From positions 1 to 47,297 of the forward strand of contig CAWJBB010000020.1 in assembly GCA_963840855.1 (NCBI GenBank): 47,297 nucleotides of DNA, given 5' to 3'. The translations under genes and the position numbers were made by a program. The stretch comes from an uncultured delta proteobacterium. GTDB lineage: Bacteria; Desulfobacterota; Binatia; UBA9968. Below, piece after piece: positions 1 through 8,622 of the stretch (the stretch's first letter is position 1; each line of letters opens with the position of its first letter). The notes below the pieces were generated by a model that searched no databases, had not been told where the DNA came from, and saw only the letters and a program-made list of their open reading frames with translations.

Positions 1-47
1 AAACCGGACAGTGAAAAGATGCAGGCTTTGCAAGCAGTTGATTTAGT

Positions 48-122
48 TGGTGGTCCCAACGGGAATCGAACCCGTGTTCCCGACGTGAGAGGCCGGTGTC
101 CTAACCGCTAGACGATGGGACC
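48..122 (-). tRNA. tRNA-Glu (anticodon CTC)
   Basis: Reverse complement GGTCCCATCGTCTAGCGGTTAGGACACCGGC-CT-CTC-AC-GTCGGGAACACGGGTTCGATTCCCGTTGGGACCACCA: cloverleaf, T-loop GTTCGA, encoded CCA. Confidence 0.96.
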
Positions 123-123
123 A

Positions 124-199
124 TGGCTGAGGAGGAAGGACTCGAACCTTCAATCGCCTGATCCAGAGTCAGGTGGCTTACCAATTAGCCGACTCCTCA
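124..199 (-). tRNA. tRNA-Gln (anticodon CTG)
   Basis: Reverse complement TGAGGAGTCGGCTAATTGGTAAGCCACCTGA-CT-CTG-GA-TCAGG...GGTTCGAGTCCTTCCTCCTCAGCCA; U1-A72 pair, encoded CCA. Confidence 0.96.
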
Positions 200-216
200 A
201 TTTGAGCGGCGAAATT

Positions 217-245
217 AAACTAAAAGAATTGCCGGATGGAGTCAA
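217..245 (-). promoter_or_regulatory. sigma70-type promoter for the tRNA pair
   Basis: Minus strand TTGACT-N17-TAGTTT just upstream of tRNA-Gln. Confidence 0.6.
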
Positions 246-277
246 GTTCGACGGAGTGGTGCGAGTGGTGCTAAATG

Positions 278-1690
278 CTAGCCCAGTAATTCCAACGCCG
301 CGCGCAGGCGCCGGAGCGTGCGATCTTTGCCGAGCACGGCGATGACCTCGTGAATACCGGGGCTTACGGTGGACCCCGTTAGCGCCACGCGGACCGGTTG
401 GGCGAGTTTGCCCATGGCGAGTCCCGCTTGTTGCAGCACTTCGGCGAATGCCTGCTCGATGTTGGATTCGCTGAAGTCATCGAGGGCGGCGAGTTTTTGT
501 ATCAAGCTCTGCAAGGGCGCGGCGATGTCACGGGTCAAAAATTTTGTCGCCGCCTTTTCATCGAGGACAATATCGTCCGTGAGAAAATAACTGGCTGCCT
601 CGACAAGTTCCACAAGCGTTTTGGCCCGTTCCTGCAACGGCCGGATCATCTTTTGCAGCCATGCCTTGTCTTGGGGCACAGCATACCCTTTGGCTAGAAT
701 ATAAGGCACGATCTCATCCGCGAGTTGCGCCGGCGGGCGGGTTTTCAAGTAGTGGGAATTGAGCCAGAGAAATTTTTCGGCATTGAAAACGCCAGCGGAT
801 TTGCCGACCAATTCCAGGGAAAACTTCTCGATCAATTCTTCACGGGAAAAAATTTCCTGGTCGCCATGGGACCAGCCGAGACGCACCAAATAATTAACCA
901 CAGCCTCCGGCAGATAGCCCATGTCACGGTATGCGGTCACCGACGTGGCCCCATGCCGTTTGCTCAGACGCGCTTTATCGGTTCCCAGAATCAATGGGAC
1001 ATGGGCGAACTCAGGCAACGCGGCGCCGAAAGCCCGATAAAGCTGGATTTGCCGCGGCGTGTTGGACAGGTGATCGTCGCCCCGAATAATATGTGTGATA
1101 GCCATGTCCACGTCATCGACAACGACGCAGAAATTATAGGTCGGCGTGCCGTCGGAGCGGGCGATGATCAGATCGTCGAGCTCGCGGTTGTCGAAAACGA
1201 CGTCGCCCTTGACCGCATCATGAACAATTGTCGCGCCCTCGCGTGGCGTGCGGAACCTGACGGTGTAGGGCTTGCCGGTGGGTATTGGCGCGATCACACC
1301 CTGCGGCGGCCGGCAGGTGCCGTCGTAGGACGGTTTTCGCTTCTCTTTTATGGCGAGCTGGCGCTTGGCGTCCAGCTCCTGTGGCGTACAGATACAAGGA
1401 TACGCCTTGCCTTTGGCGAGCAGCTCCTGGATTTTTTCTTTATAAAGCGGATAGCGCTCGGTCTGATAGTAAGGTCCCTCGTCATAGTCGAGGCGCAGCC
1501 AATTCATCGCGTCCACAATCGCCCGGATCGCCTCCGGGGTCGAACGTTCGCGGTCGGTGTCTTCGATGCGGAGTAGGAATTTGCCGCCGTGATGGCGCGC
1601 GAAAAGATAATTAAAGAGCGCCGTGCGCGCGCCGCCGATATGCAGATAGCCGGTGGGACTGGGAGCGAAACGAGTGCGAACTTGCGTCAT
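278..1690 (-). CDS. gltX: glutamate--tRNA ligase
   Basis: [34 protein letters not shown] motifs; 470 aa. Confidence 0.97.
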   Translation of the reverse strand: MTQVRTRFAPSPTGYLHIGGARTALFNYLFARHHGGKFLLRIEDTDRERSTPEAIRAIVDAMNWLRLDYDEGPYYQTERYPLYKEKIQELLAKGKAYPCICTPQELDAKRQLAIKEKRKPSYDGTCRPPQGVIAPIPTGKPYTVRFRTPREGATIVHDAVKGDVVFDNRELDDLIIARSDGTPTYNFCVVVDDVDMAITHIIRGDDHLSNTPRQIQLYRAFGAALPEFAHVPLILGTDKARLSKRHGATSVTAYRDMGYLPEAVVNYLVRLGWSHGDQEIFSREELIEKFSLELVGKSAGVFNAEKFLWLNSHYLKTRPPAQLADEIVPYILAKGYAVPQDKAWLQKMIRPLQERAKTLVELVEAASYFLTDDIVLDEKAATKFLTRDIAAPLQSLIQKLAALDDFSESNIEQAFAEVLQQAGLAMGKLAQPVRVALTGSTVSPGIHEVIAVLGKDRTLRRLRAALELLG

Positions 1691-1696
1691 GGCTGT

Positions 1697-1725
1697 AAGG
1701 TAACAAGGAGTCGCCGAACGGTCAA
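1697..1725 (-). promoter_or_regulatory. sigma70 promoter of gltX (probably leaderless mRNA)
   Basis: Minus strand TTGACC-N17-TACCTT with extended TG; 6 nt to the ATG; no Shine-Dalgarno. Confidence 0.55.
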
Positions 1726-1788
1726 CGACGCGTTAGAAAACCGCCGCGGATATGCTAATATACGCTCAAACATTGAGGAGGAGAGGCT

Positions 1789-3534
1789 GTGGATCGCAAT
1801 GATGCCAAATCAACAGTCAAAGAAATCGAGCTAGCCGGTGAGGCTCTGCCGTCCCACTTTATCCGCAATATTATCGCGGAGGATCTGGCGGCGGGCAAGA
1901 ACCAGGAGCGGGTTCACACGAGGTTTCCGCCGGAGCCCAACGGCTATCTGCACATCGGCCACGCCAAATCGATCTGTCTCAATTTTGGCCTGGCGGCGGA
2001 ATTCGAGGGTAAGTGCAACCTCCGTTTCGACGATACCAATCCGAGCAAGGAGGACGTCGAATACGTCGAGTCCATCAAAGAAGACGTGCGCTGGTTGGGC
2101 TTCGATTGGGCGGGCAGGGAATACTACGCTTCCGATTATTTCGAACAACTCTATCAATTTGCAATCCAACTGATCAAAGCGGGCAAGGCGTTCGTCTGCG
2201 ATTTAAACGCGGATCAAATGCGCGAATACCGCGGTACGTTGACCGAACCGGGTAAGAACAGTCCCTATCGCGACCGCTCCGTCGATGAAAACCTCGACCT
2301 TTTTCAGCGCATGCGGGCGGGCGAGTTTGCCGACGGTAGCAGGACGCTGCGCGCCAAGATCGACATGGCGTCGCCGAATATCAACTTGCGCGACCCGGTC
2401 ATGTACCGGGTGCTGCGCGCGACGCATCATCGCACGGGCGATAAGTGGTGTATTTATCCGACCTACGATTTCGCCCACGGCCAGTCGGATTCCATCGAAG
2501 GGATCACCCATTCGATCTGCACATTGGAATTCGAAGACCATCGCCCGCTCTACGACTGGTATCTCGACCAGTTGGGCATTCATCATCCGCAGCAGATCGA
2601 GTTCGCGCGGCTCAATCTGACCTACACGGTGTTGAGCAAGCGTAAATTGCTTCAGTTGGTGCAACAAAAGCATGTGACCGGATGGGACGACCCCAGGATG
2701 CCGACACTGGCGGGTATTCGCCGGCGCGGCTATACCCCGGAAGCGATTCGCATATTTTGCGAACGCATCGGCGTCGCCAAGCGCAATAGCACCGTCGATA
2801 TCGCCATGCTCGAACATTGCCTGCGCGAGGATCTGAACAAGCGAGCGCGGCGGGTGATGGCCGTGCTTCGTCCGATCAAAGTCGTTTTGGAGAATTATCC
2901 AAAGGGACGGGTGGAAGAACTGGAAGCCGTCAACAATCCCGAAGACGCGAGCATGGGCACGCGCAAAGTCCCTTTTAGCCGCGAACTTTACATCGAGCGG
3001 GATGATTTTCGCGAGGAGCCGCCCAAGGGCTTTTTCCGTTTATCTCCGGGCAAAGAAGTGCGGCTGCGCTACGCTTACATCATTAAATGCATCGGCGTCG
3101 TCAAAGATCCCGAGACCGGCGCCGTTACCGAGCTACGTTGCACCTACGACCCAGATACCAAAAGCGGTTCATCCCAAGCGCAGCGCAAAGTCAAAGCGAC
3201 CATTCACTGGGTCTCGGCGCAGCACGCTCTAAGCGCCGAAGCGAGACTCTACGATCATCTGTTTACCAAGGAAGACCCGGACGACGTACCGGAGGGTGCC
3301 GACTGGCTCGCCAATTTCAATGCCAAGTCGCTGGAAGTCATCAAAGAGGCGCGCGTCGAGCCGTTTTTGGTTAACGCAAAAAAGAGCGAACTCTACCAGT
3401 TCGAGCGTTTGGGCTATTTCTGCGTCGACCCCATCGATACCGCTGCCGGCCGTTTGGTTTTTAACCGCGCGGTGACGCTGCGGGATAGCTGGGTGAAGAT
3501 TGAGAAGTCTGCAAAGGCGGGGAAGCGAGCGTAG
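1789..3534 (+). CDS. glnS: glutamine--tRNA ligase
   Basis: [42 protein letters not shown]; GAGGAG RBS before GTG. Confidence 0.97.
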   Translation: MDRNDAKSTVKEIELAGEALPSHFIRNIIAEDLAAGKNQERVHTRFPPEPNGYLHIGHAKSICLNFGLAAEFEGKCNLRFDDTNPSKEDVEYVESIKEDVRWLGFDWAGREYYASDYFEQLYQFAIQLIKAGKAFVCDLNADQMREYRGTLTEPGKNSPYRDRSVDENLDLFQRMRAGEFADGSRTLRAKIDMASPNINLRDPVMYRVLRATHHRTGDKWCIYPTYDFAHGQSDSIEGITHSICTLEFEDHRPLYDWYLDQLGIHHPQQIEFARLNLTYTVLSKRKLLQLVQQKHVTGWDDPRMPTLAGIRRRGYTPEAIRIFCERIGVAKRNSTVDIAMLEHCLREDLNKRARRVMAVLRPIKVVLENYPKGRVEELEAVNNPEDASMGTRKVPFSRELYIERDDFREEPPKGFFRLSPGKEVRLRYAYIIKCIGVVKDPETGAVTELRCTYDPDTKSGSSQAQRKVKATIHWVSAQHALSAEARLYDHLFTKEDPDDVPEGADWLANFNAKSLEVIKEARVEPFLVNAKKSELYQFERLGYFCVDPIDTAAGRLVFNRAVTLRDSWVKIEKSAKAGKRA

Positions 3535-3620
3535 CGAGCGTTACATTGCGTTCAAGGTTTATTCAATTGTCGGAGATAGAGTTTTAGGGCGAATCCGAAA
3601 CCTTGAACTGACTTGTCCCG

Positions 3621-4922
3621 CTAAAATTTGTAGCTCAACGAGATCGAGACAAAGTTGTTGAACGTTTGGTATTTGTCTTTGCCAGGGGCGCCGGGAAACG
3701 CAAAACCTGTCGCCGGTAAACCTTCCAGCTCGTTGTTTGTCACCCTTCTCGTCTTATAAAAGACCGCCATATAACCGAAGTCAATCCCGAAATTTTGCCA
3801 TTTGTAACCGACGCCGGCGTTTAACGTTAGAAGATCCGCACCGGGAATCGCTGGATTCAAAGTTCGATTCGGGATCGGCGTCTCTTCAATCGCTAACCCG
3901 CCGCGAACTTCCCAGCTCTGGTTAATTTTATAAAAACTGCCGACTCGCAAGGTACTGGTATTCTCCCAATCCTCGGGCAGGCTGAAACCGGGTAGGGGCA
4001 CGGCCGGCGAGAACGTTGCGCTGAATCTGTCGAACTCACTCCAGCGCGCGTATTCGTAAACGAATTCGGCGCCCCAGGAAGGATTGATCTGCCAGAAAAC
4101 GCCGGCATTGATCACCGGCGGGATTGGAATTGGACGGACGTTGGCGCGCAGATTGCCGAACGGCGCGAGCGCGCCGCCGAGTTTAACGTCAGCGGTGTCA
4201 AATCGGATATCGGCACGAGCCCGATAGCTCAAACCCACTTTGAGATTCTCCGCAGGCTTGACCAAAAAACCGAGGTTATAAGTGAACGCATTGGCCGTGT
4301 CGGTGAGCCGCAGTCTCCCTTGGGCTGCGGGCGAGACACACGCGCCGCCACCGGCAAGGCAGAGGCTCCTTGTGAAAAGCCCGGAAACATGAACGAAGCT
4401 CAAGCCGGCGCCAACGGCGAAATTCTTCGATGGATGCCACGACACGGCGGGGGTTACATAAATCGTTTTTAGCTCAGTGCGCTCGGCGGCAAAGCTGGTA
4501 AATTCGCGATCATAGGTGGTGGCGAGACCGAAGGGCGTATAGCTCCCCATGCCCAGCGTGAAGTCCGTTCCGGGAATATGATAGTTGGCAAACAGCGTGG
4601 CGAGGTAGTTGTCGTCGTGTTTGTTCACGGCGCGTCTACCGCTGTTTTCAACGCTATTATAAATACCGGCGTAGGTGCCGGTAACCAATATATTGTCGCC
4701 TTCGATCTCGCCCAGGGCGGCAGGGTTGTAGTACACCGCTGACGAATCATTAACGCCAGCTGTCATCGCGTTGCCAAGTCCCAAGCCTTTTGCGGTTTGA
4801 TGTGGAATCATGAAACCGCCCGCGAACGGCGAATCCGGGGCTGCCGCGCAGAGCAGCAAGATCAACGCGGCATGAACCGATAAAAAGGTGAGTTTTTGGC
4901 GCACACGTCCCTCTCGCTCCAT
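3621..4922 (-). CDS. OmpP1/FadL/TodX-family outer-membrane hydrophobic-compound channel
   Basis: Signal peptide then GGF...GLGNA...YYNPA motif, TPFGL, beta-strand pattern, C-terminal YKF. Confidence 0.88.
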   Translation of the reverse strand: MEREGRVRQKLTFLSVHAALILLLCAAAPDSPFAGGFMIPHQTAKGLGLGNAMTAGVNDSSAVYYNPAALGEIEGDNILVTGTYAGIYNSVENSGRRAVNKHDDNYLATLFANYHIPGTDFTLGMGSYTPFGLATTYDREFTSFAAERTELKTIYVTPAVSWHPSKNFAVGAGLSFVHVSGLFTRSLCLAGGGACVSPAAQGRLRLTDTANAFTYNLGFLVKPAENLKVGLSYRARADIRFDTADVKLGGALAPFGNLRANVRPIPIPPVINAGVFWQINPSWGAEFVYEYARWSEFDRFSATFSPAVPLPGFSLPEDWENTSTLRVGSFYKINQSWEVRGGLAIEETPIPNRTLNPAIPGADLLTLNAGVGYKWQNFGIDFGYMAVFYKTRRVTNNELEGLPATGFAFPGAPGKDKYQTFNNFVSISLSYKF

Positions 4923-4992
4923 GACTGGAGCATTCCTTGTCGCGTTTAGGATATTCCGGGTACTTTTCTATAGTGACAGATGGCCGACTAGG

Positions 4993-5013
4993 GCGCAAGA
5001 AAATTCTCTTGCG
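4993..5013. promoter_or_regulatory. perfect palindrome, candidate activator binding site (UAS)
   Basis: GCGCAAGA-AATTC-TCTTGCGC, about 105-125 bp upstream of the -24/-12 motif at 5117. Confidence 0.4.
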
Positions 5014-5116
5014 CTTGAGCCCAGCGCATCGTCCGCCTTTTCAATGCGCCCGCTCTAAAGCCTTGACTCACTCTTACATAGGCGTCTCCGCTTGCTGTCA
5101 AAAAATTGAACGCTGC

Positions 5117-5131
5117 GGGCATAGCTTTTGC
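5117..5131 (+). promoter_or_regulatory. candidate sigma54 (-24/-12) promoter of the ketosynthase-kinase operon
   Basis: GGGCATAGCTTTTGC fits TGGCAC-N5-TTGC spacing exactly. Confidence 0.5.
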
Positions 5132-5184
5132 GTGAGAGAAAATCTGTCCGTCAAATTCTCATCCATGGAACTTGGAGCTATCAA

Positions 5185-6453
5185 ATGTGCATGAACTGTA
5201 ACGCGCCCAACGGGCGTCGCGTGGTGATTACCGGTCTGGGCGCTGTCTCCGCAATCGGCGTTGGCAGAGACGCCTATTGGGAGTCACTCAAAGAGGGAAG
5301 ATCTGGAATCAAAAAGATTTCATCTTTCGATACTACCTCTTATCCTTGCGATGTTGCCGGGGAGATCACCGATTTCGATCCCGCGGACTTCATGACCACC
5401 CAGCAAGCCAGACGGATCGATCGATTCGCCCAACTAGCGATTGCCGCCGCCAAGCTCAGCATCGCTGATGCCAGGCTGGAGATCACCCCGGCCAATCAAT
5501 CTTCCGTGGGAATGATACTGGGAACTTCATTGGGCACGCTTTGCTACTTGGAACAACAGCTGGCGCTCTTGAATGAGAAAGGGCTCAAGCGAATCAATCC
5601 GTTCTTTCCGACGTCGGTGATTCCCAGCAGCGCGGCGACTCAGGTGATGCTGGAGCTGAAAATCAAAGGGACATGTAAGACCCTATCCACCGCCTGTGCT
5701 TCGTCTACCTGGTCGATCGGGGAGGCATTTGAAGCGATAAAGTTCGGCAAGTCGGACGTCATGCTCGCGGGCGGATCGGAAGCGCCAATCACGCCTTCGG
5801 TTTTGGCGTCGCTGGGATCGTTGCAATTATTGGCTCAGCCGGAAAGCTCTCCGACATCGTGCTACCGACCTTTCTGCAAGGACGCCGCCGGTTTCGTGTT
5901 GGGCGAGGGCGCGGGGATCCTCGTTTTGGAAGAATTGGAACACGCGCTGCGGCGCGACGCGCGGATTTACGCTGAGATCGGCGGTTTCGGCTCAACGACG
6001 GATGCGTACCACGTTATGGCCTTCGAGCCGAGTTTCGAGCGGCCGGTGGCGGCGATACACGCAGCTCTCGCTCAAGCGGAGGTTCGCCCAACCGAGCTCG
6101 GCTACATCAATCCCCACGGCATCGCCATCCCCGACACCGATCATGGCGAAGCGACGATATTAAAACTGGCGCTCGGCGAGGCCGCCTTTCAGATACCCGT
6201 GAGCGCCACCAAACCCATGACTGGCCACACCCTCGGTGCCTGCGGCGCGCTGGAGTTAATCGGCTGCTGTCTGATGATGGAAAATGAATTTCTCCACCCA
6301 ACCATCAATTATACTGAGCCCGATCCCATCTGCGATCTCGATTTCATTCCGAACCAGGGCCGGTCCTCGAAGGTTGACGCGATGATGTCGGTTTCCTTCG
6401 GCTTCGGCGGCTATAACGCGGCCTGCGTGCTACGTGCTTTTGATGGAGTATGA
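5185..6453 (+). CDS. FabF-like beta-ketoacyl synthase (atypical, stand-alone)
   Basis: RRVVITGLG, STACASS (Cys), NPHG (His), KPMTGHTLGA (His), SFGFGG; GGAG RBS before ATG 5185. Confidence 0.88.
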   Translation: MCMNCNAPNGRRVVITGLGAVSAIGVGRDAYWESLKEGRSGIKKISSFDTTSYPCDVAGEITDFDPADFMTTQQARRIDRFAQLAIAAAKLSIADARLEITPANQSSVGMILGTSLGTLCYLEQQLALLNEKGLKRINPFFPTSVIPSSAATQVMLELKIKGTCKTLSTACASSTWSIGEAFEAIKFGKSDVMLAGGSEAPITPSVLASLGSLQLLAQPESSPTSCYRPFCKDAAGFVLGEGAGILVLEELEHALRRDARIYAEIGGFGSTTDAYHVMAFEPSFERPVAAIHAALAQAEVRPTELGYINPHGIAIPDTDHGEATILKLALGEAAFQIPVSATKPMTGHTLGACGALELIGCCLMMENEFLHPTINYTEPDPICDLDFIPNQGRSSKVDAMMSVSFGFGGYNAACVLRAFDGV

Positions 6454-6480
6454 TAGGGAAATGATGTAAAATTCCAACAA

Positions 6481-8622
6481 ATGTCCCTTGCCTCGGTTCC
6501 AACCTTTGTAACCGCGAGTCTCTCGGTTGCGCTCGGCATTTTCGTCCTTCGCAGAAATAAATCCAAACTCAACTGGACCTTCGCCCTGTGGTGCTTTCTC
6601 ACCGGCTACTGGCAGGCTCACTGGACTCTGCTTTTCAACATCAACGACGAGAGCCTGGCGGTGGTGCTGGCGCGCATAGGTTACTCGGGGATCACGTTTA
6701 TTCCCATCGTGTTTTTTCACTTCGTCGCCGAATTCACGCAAAGTCTCGTCCTGAAAAGGCTTTCTCTGCTCTTCTACGCGATTGGCGCTACTTTCCTGTT
6801 CTTAACCTGGACGGGCGACCGCTACATTGCGGGAGTCTATAGATATGACTGGGGCTTTTACCCCAAGGCTGGCGCGCTGCATCCGGTCTTTCTAGCGTTT
6901 CTCGGGATCATGCTCGCCCTCGGTTTGAATGCCTTGTTTGCCTATCGCCGCCGCGTCTCGGAGCAGCGGCTCAAAGTTAACCAGGTCAACTATATTATTG
7001 TATCCGCGCTGATTTACTCCCTGGCCGCCGTCGACTTCCTGGCGAATTACGGCGCCGAATTTTATCCGGTGGGCCTGATATTTACCAACCTCCACGCCGC
7101 AATCATCGCTTACGCCATCGTTCAGTTCCGGCTTCTCGATATCAACGTGGCGCTCAAGCGTAGTCTCATCTCGGCGCTCATCTTGGCCGGGTTGCTAGTT
7201 CCCTGCTATTTGATCTTGATCTCGAGCCAGCAACTGGCCTTTGGCTCCATCGACATCGCTTTTTCGCTGCTCACCCTCTCGCTTTTGGCTGCCGCTGGCT
7301 TCTTGTTTCCCAGGTTCCGCTTTATCGGCGAGGACGCCTTGGAGCGAGCGCTGTTCACAAATAAAACCGACCACCACGAAACGCTGCTCCAATCCAGCCG
7401 GGAAATGGTTACGGTTGTAGATCTCAGTGAATTATCCGAGCGCCTGGTGCGGACGGCCAGCCACGCTGTCGGCATCGATAAAGCGGCGTTGTACCTGTAC
7501 GATGATGCCAAAAACAAATTCAACCTGGCCTCCACGGTGGGCTTCGAGTTGCGGCAGACCTGCGACCCGGTGCTGGGGCACGGCGACCCTCTGGTTCAAG
7601 CCCTCATCAGCAGCCGGGAAGGCTTCGTGAGAGAAGAGTTGGCCATGGTGCCCGCGGGGAATGGGAAATCGGCGGCGGCGCAGAGAATGGGGCAACTCGG
7701 AGCGGAGGTCAGCGTCCCCATCGTGTCGAAGGACAAATTGGCGGGCATATTGAATCTTGGATACAAGGTGGACCGGCAGATCTACTCCACCGAAGATTTG
7801 GAGTTTCTCTCGACATTGGCGAATCAGGCGGCCGTCGCCATTGAGAATGCCCGTCTCTACGAGAATCTGAAGCAATCCCAATTGACGCTGCGCCGCGCCG
7901 ACCGCTTGTCATCGCTGGGATTGCTTACCGCGGGCCTGGCCCACGAAATCCGGAATCCCCTGGTGGCCATTCGCACGTTCACCCAGCTCTTGCCGGAGCG
8001 CTACGACGACCCCGAGTTCCGCCAGGTTTTTCAGGGACTCGCTTTGAAGGAAGTGGACCGCATCTGTGGTCTGATCAACGATCTCCTGAATTTCGCCCGC
8101 CCGTCCCGTCCGAATATCGCCGAGGAAAATCTGAACGACGTTGTCGATAGCGTCGCGCGCATTCTCGAATCCCAGGCCAAGGATAAGGACGTCAAAATCG
8201 CGCGAGAATTCAGCGCCGATCTGCCGAAGGCATGGATTGACAGGGAACAGCTGAAGCAGGTATTTATGAACCTCATTCTGAACGCCATCCAAGCCATGCG
8301 CGACGGCGGCTCGCTTGTAATCGCGACCCGTGTCAGCGCGGATGACGATGGCAATGTGTCCCGCCCATGTGTTCAGGTGGAGGTTCGCGATACCGGTATC
8401 GGCATCCCGGAAGAAAACCTGGAGCGTATTTTCGATCCTTTTTTTACCAATAAGGACGGCGGCAGCGGTCTCGGTCTGTCGATTTCGCACCAGATCATTC
8501 AAGAGCATGGCGGCCGCATGCTGGTTCGGAGCAAGATCAAAGAAGGGACCTCCTTTTTCGTGAATTTGCCTCTGGAAAAGCCGGATCATTCCGCCGTTGA
8601 AGACCCCGTGAGAGCGTCATGA
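6481..8622 (+). CDS. membrane sensor histidine kinase (7TM-type N-terminus, GAF, HisKA, HATPase)
   Basis: Multiple hydrophobic helices, GAF ending [44 protein letters not shown]. Confidence 0.93.
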   Translation: MSLASVPTFVTASLSVALGIFVLRRNKSKLNWTFALWCFLTGYWQAHWTLLFNINDESLAVVLARIGYSGITFIPIVFFHFVAEFTQSLVLKRLSLLFYAIGATFLFLTWTGDRYIAGVYRYDWGFYPKAGALHPVFLAFLGIMLALGLNALFAYRRRVSEQRLKVNQVNYIIVSALIYSLAAVDFLANYGAEFYPVGLIFTNLHAAIIAYAIVQFRLLDINVALKRSLISALILAGLLVPCYLILISSQQLAFGSIDIAFSLLTLSLLAAAGFLFPRFRFIGEDALERALFTNKTDHHETLLQSSREMVTVVDLSELSERLVRTASHAVGIDKAALYLYDDAKNKFNLASTVGFELRQTCDPVLGHGDPLVQALISSREGFVREELAMVPAGNGKSAAAQRMGQLGAEVSVPIVSKDKLAGILNLGYKVDRQIYSTEDLEFLSTLANQAAVAIENARLYENLKQSQLTLRRADRLSSLGLLTAGLAHEIRNPLVAIRTFTQLLPERYDDPEFRQVFQGLALKEVDRICGLINDLLNFARPSRPNIAEENLNDVVDSVARILESQAKDKDVKIAREFSADLPKAWIDREQLKQVFMNLILNAIQAMRDGGSLVIATRVSADDDGNVSRPCVQVEVRDTGIGIPEENLERIFDPFFTNKDGGSGLGLSISHQIIQEHGGRMLVRSKIKEGTSFFVNLPLEKPDHSAVEDPVRAS

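Noticed and set aside
115-345. 76-aa ORF on the + strand
   Set aside because: Antisense to tRNA-Gln and the gltX end; spurious
5185-6453. Housekeeping fabF or a type II PKS cluster
   Set aside because: No acpP, fabG, fabD or chain-length factor nearby and the HGTST motif is altered, so no gene symbol was assigned
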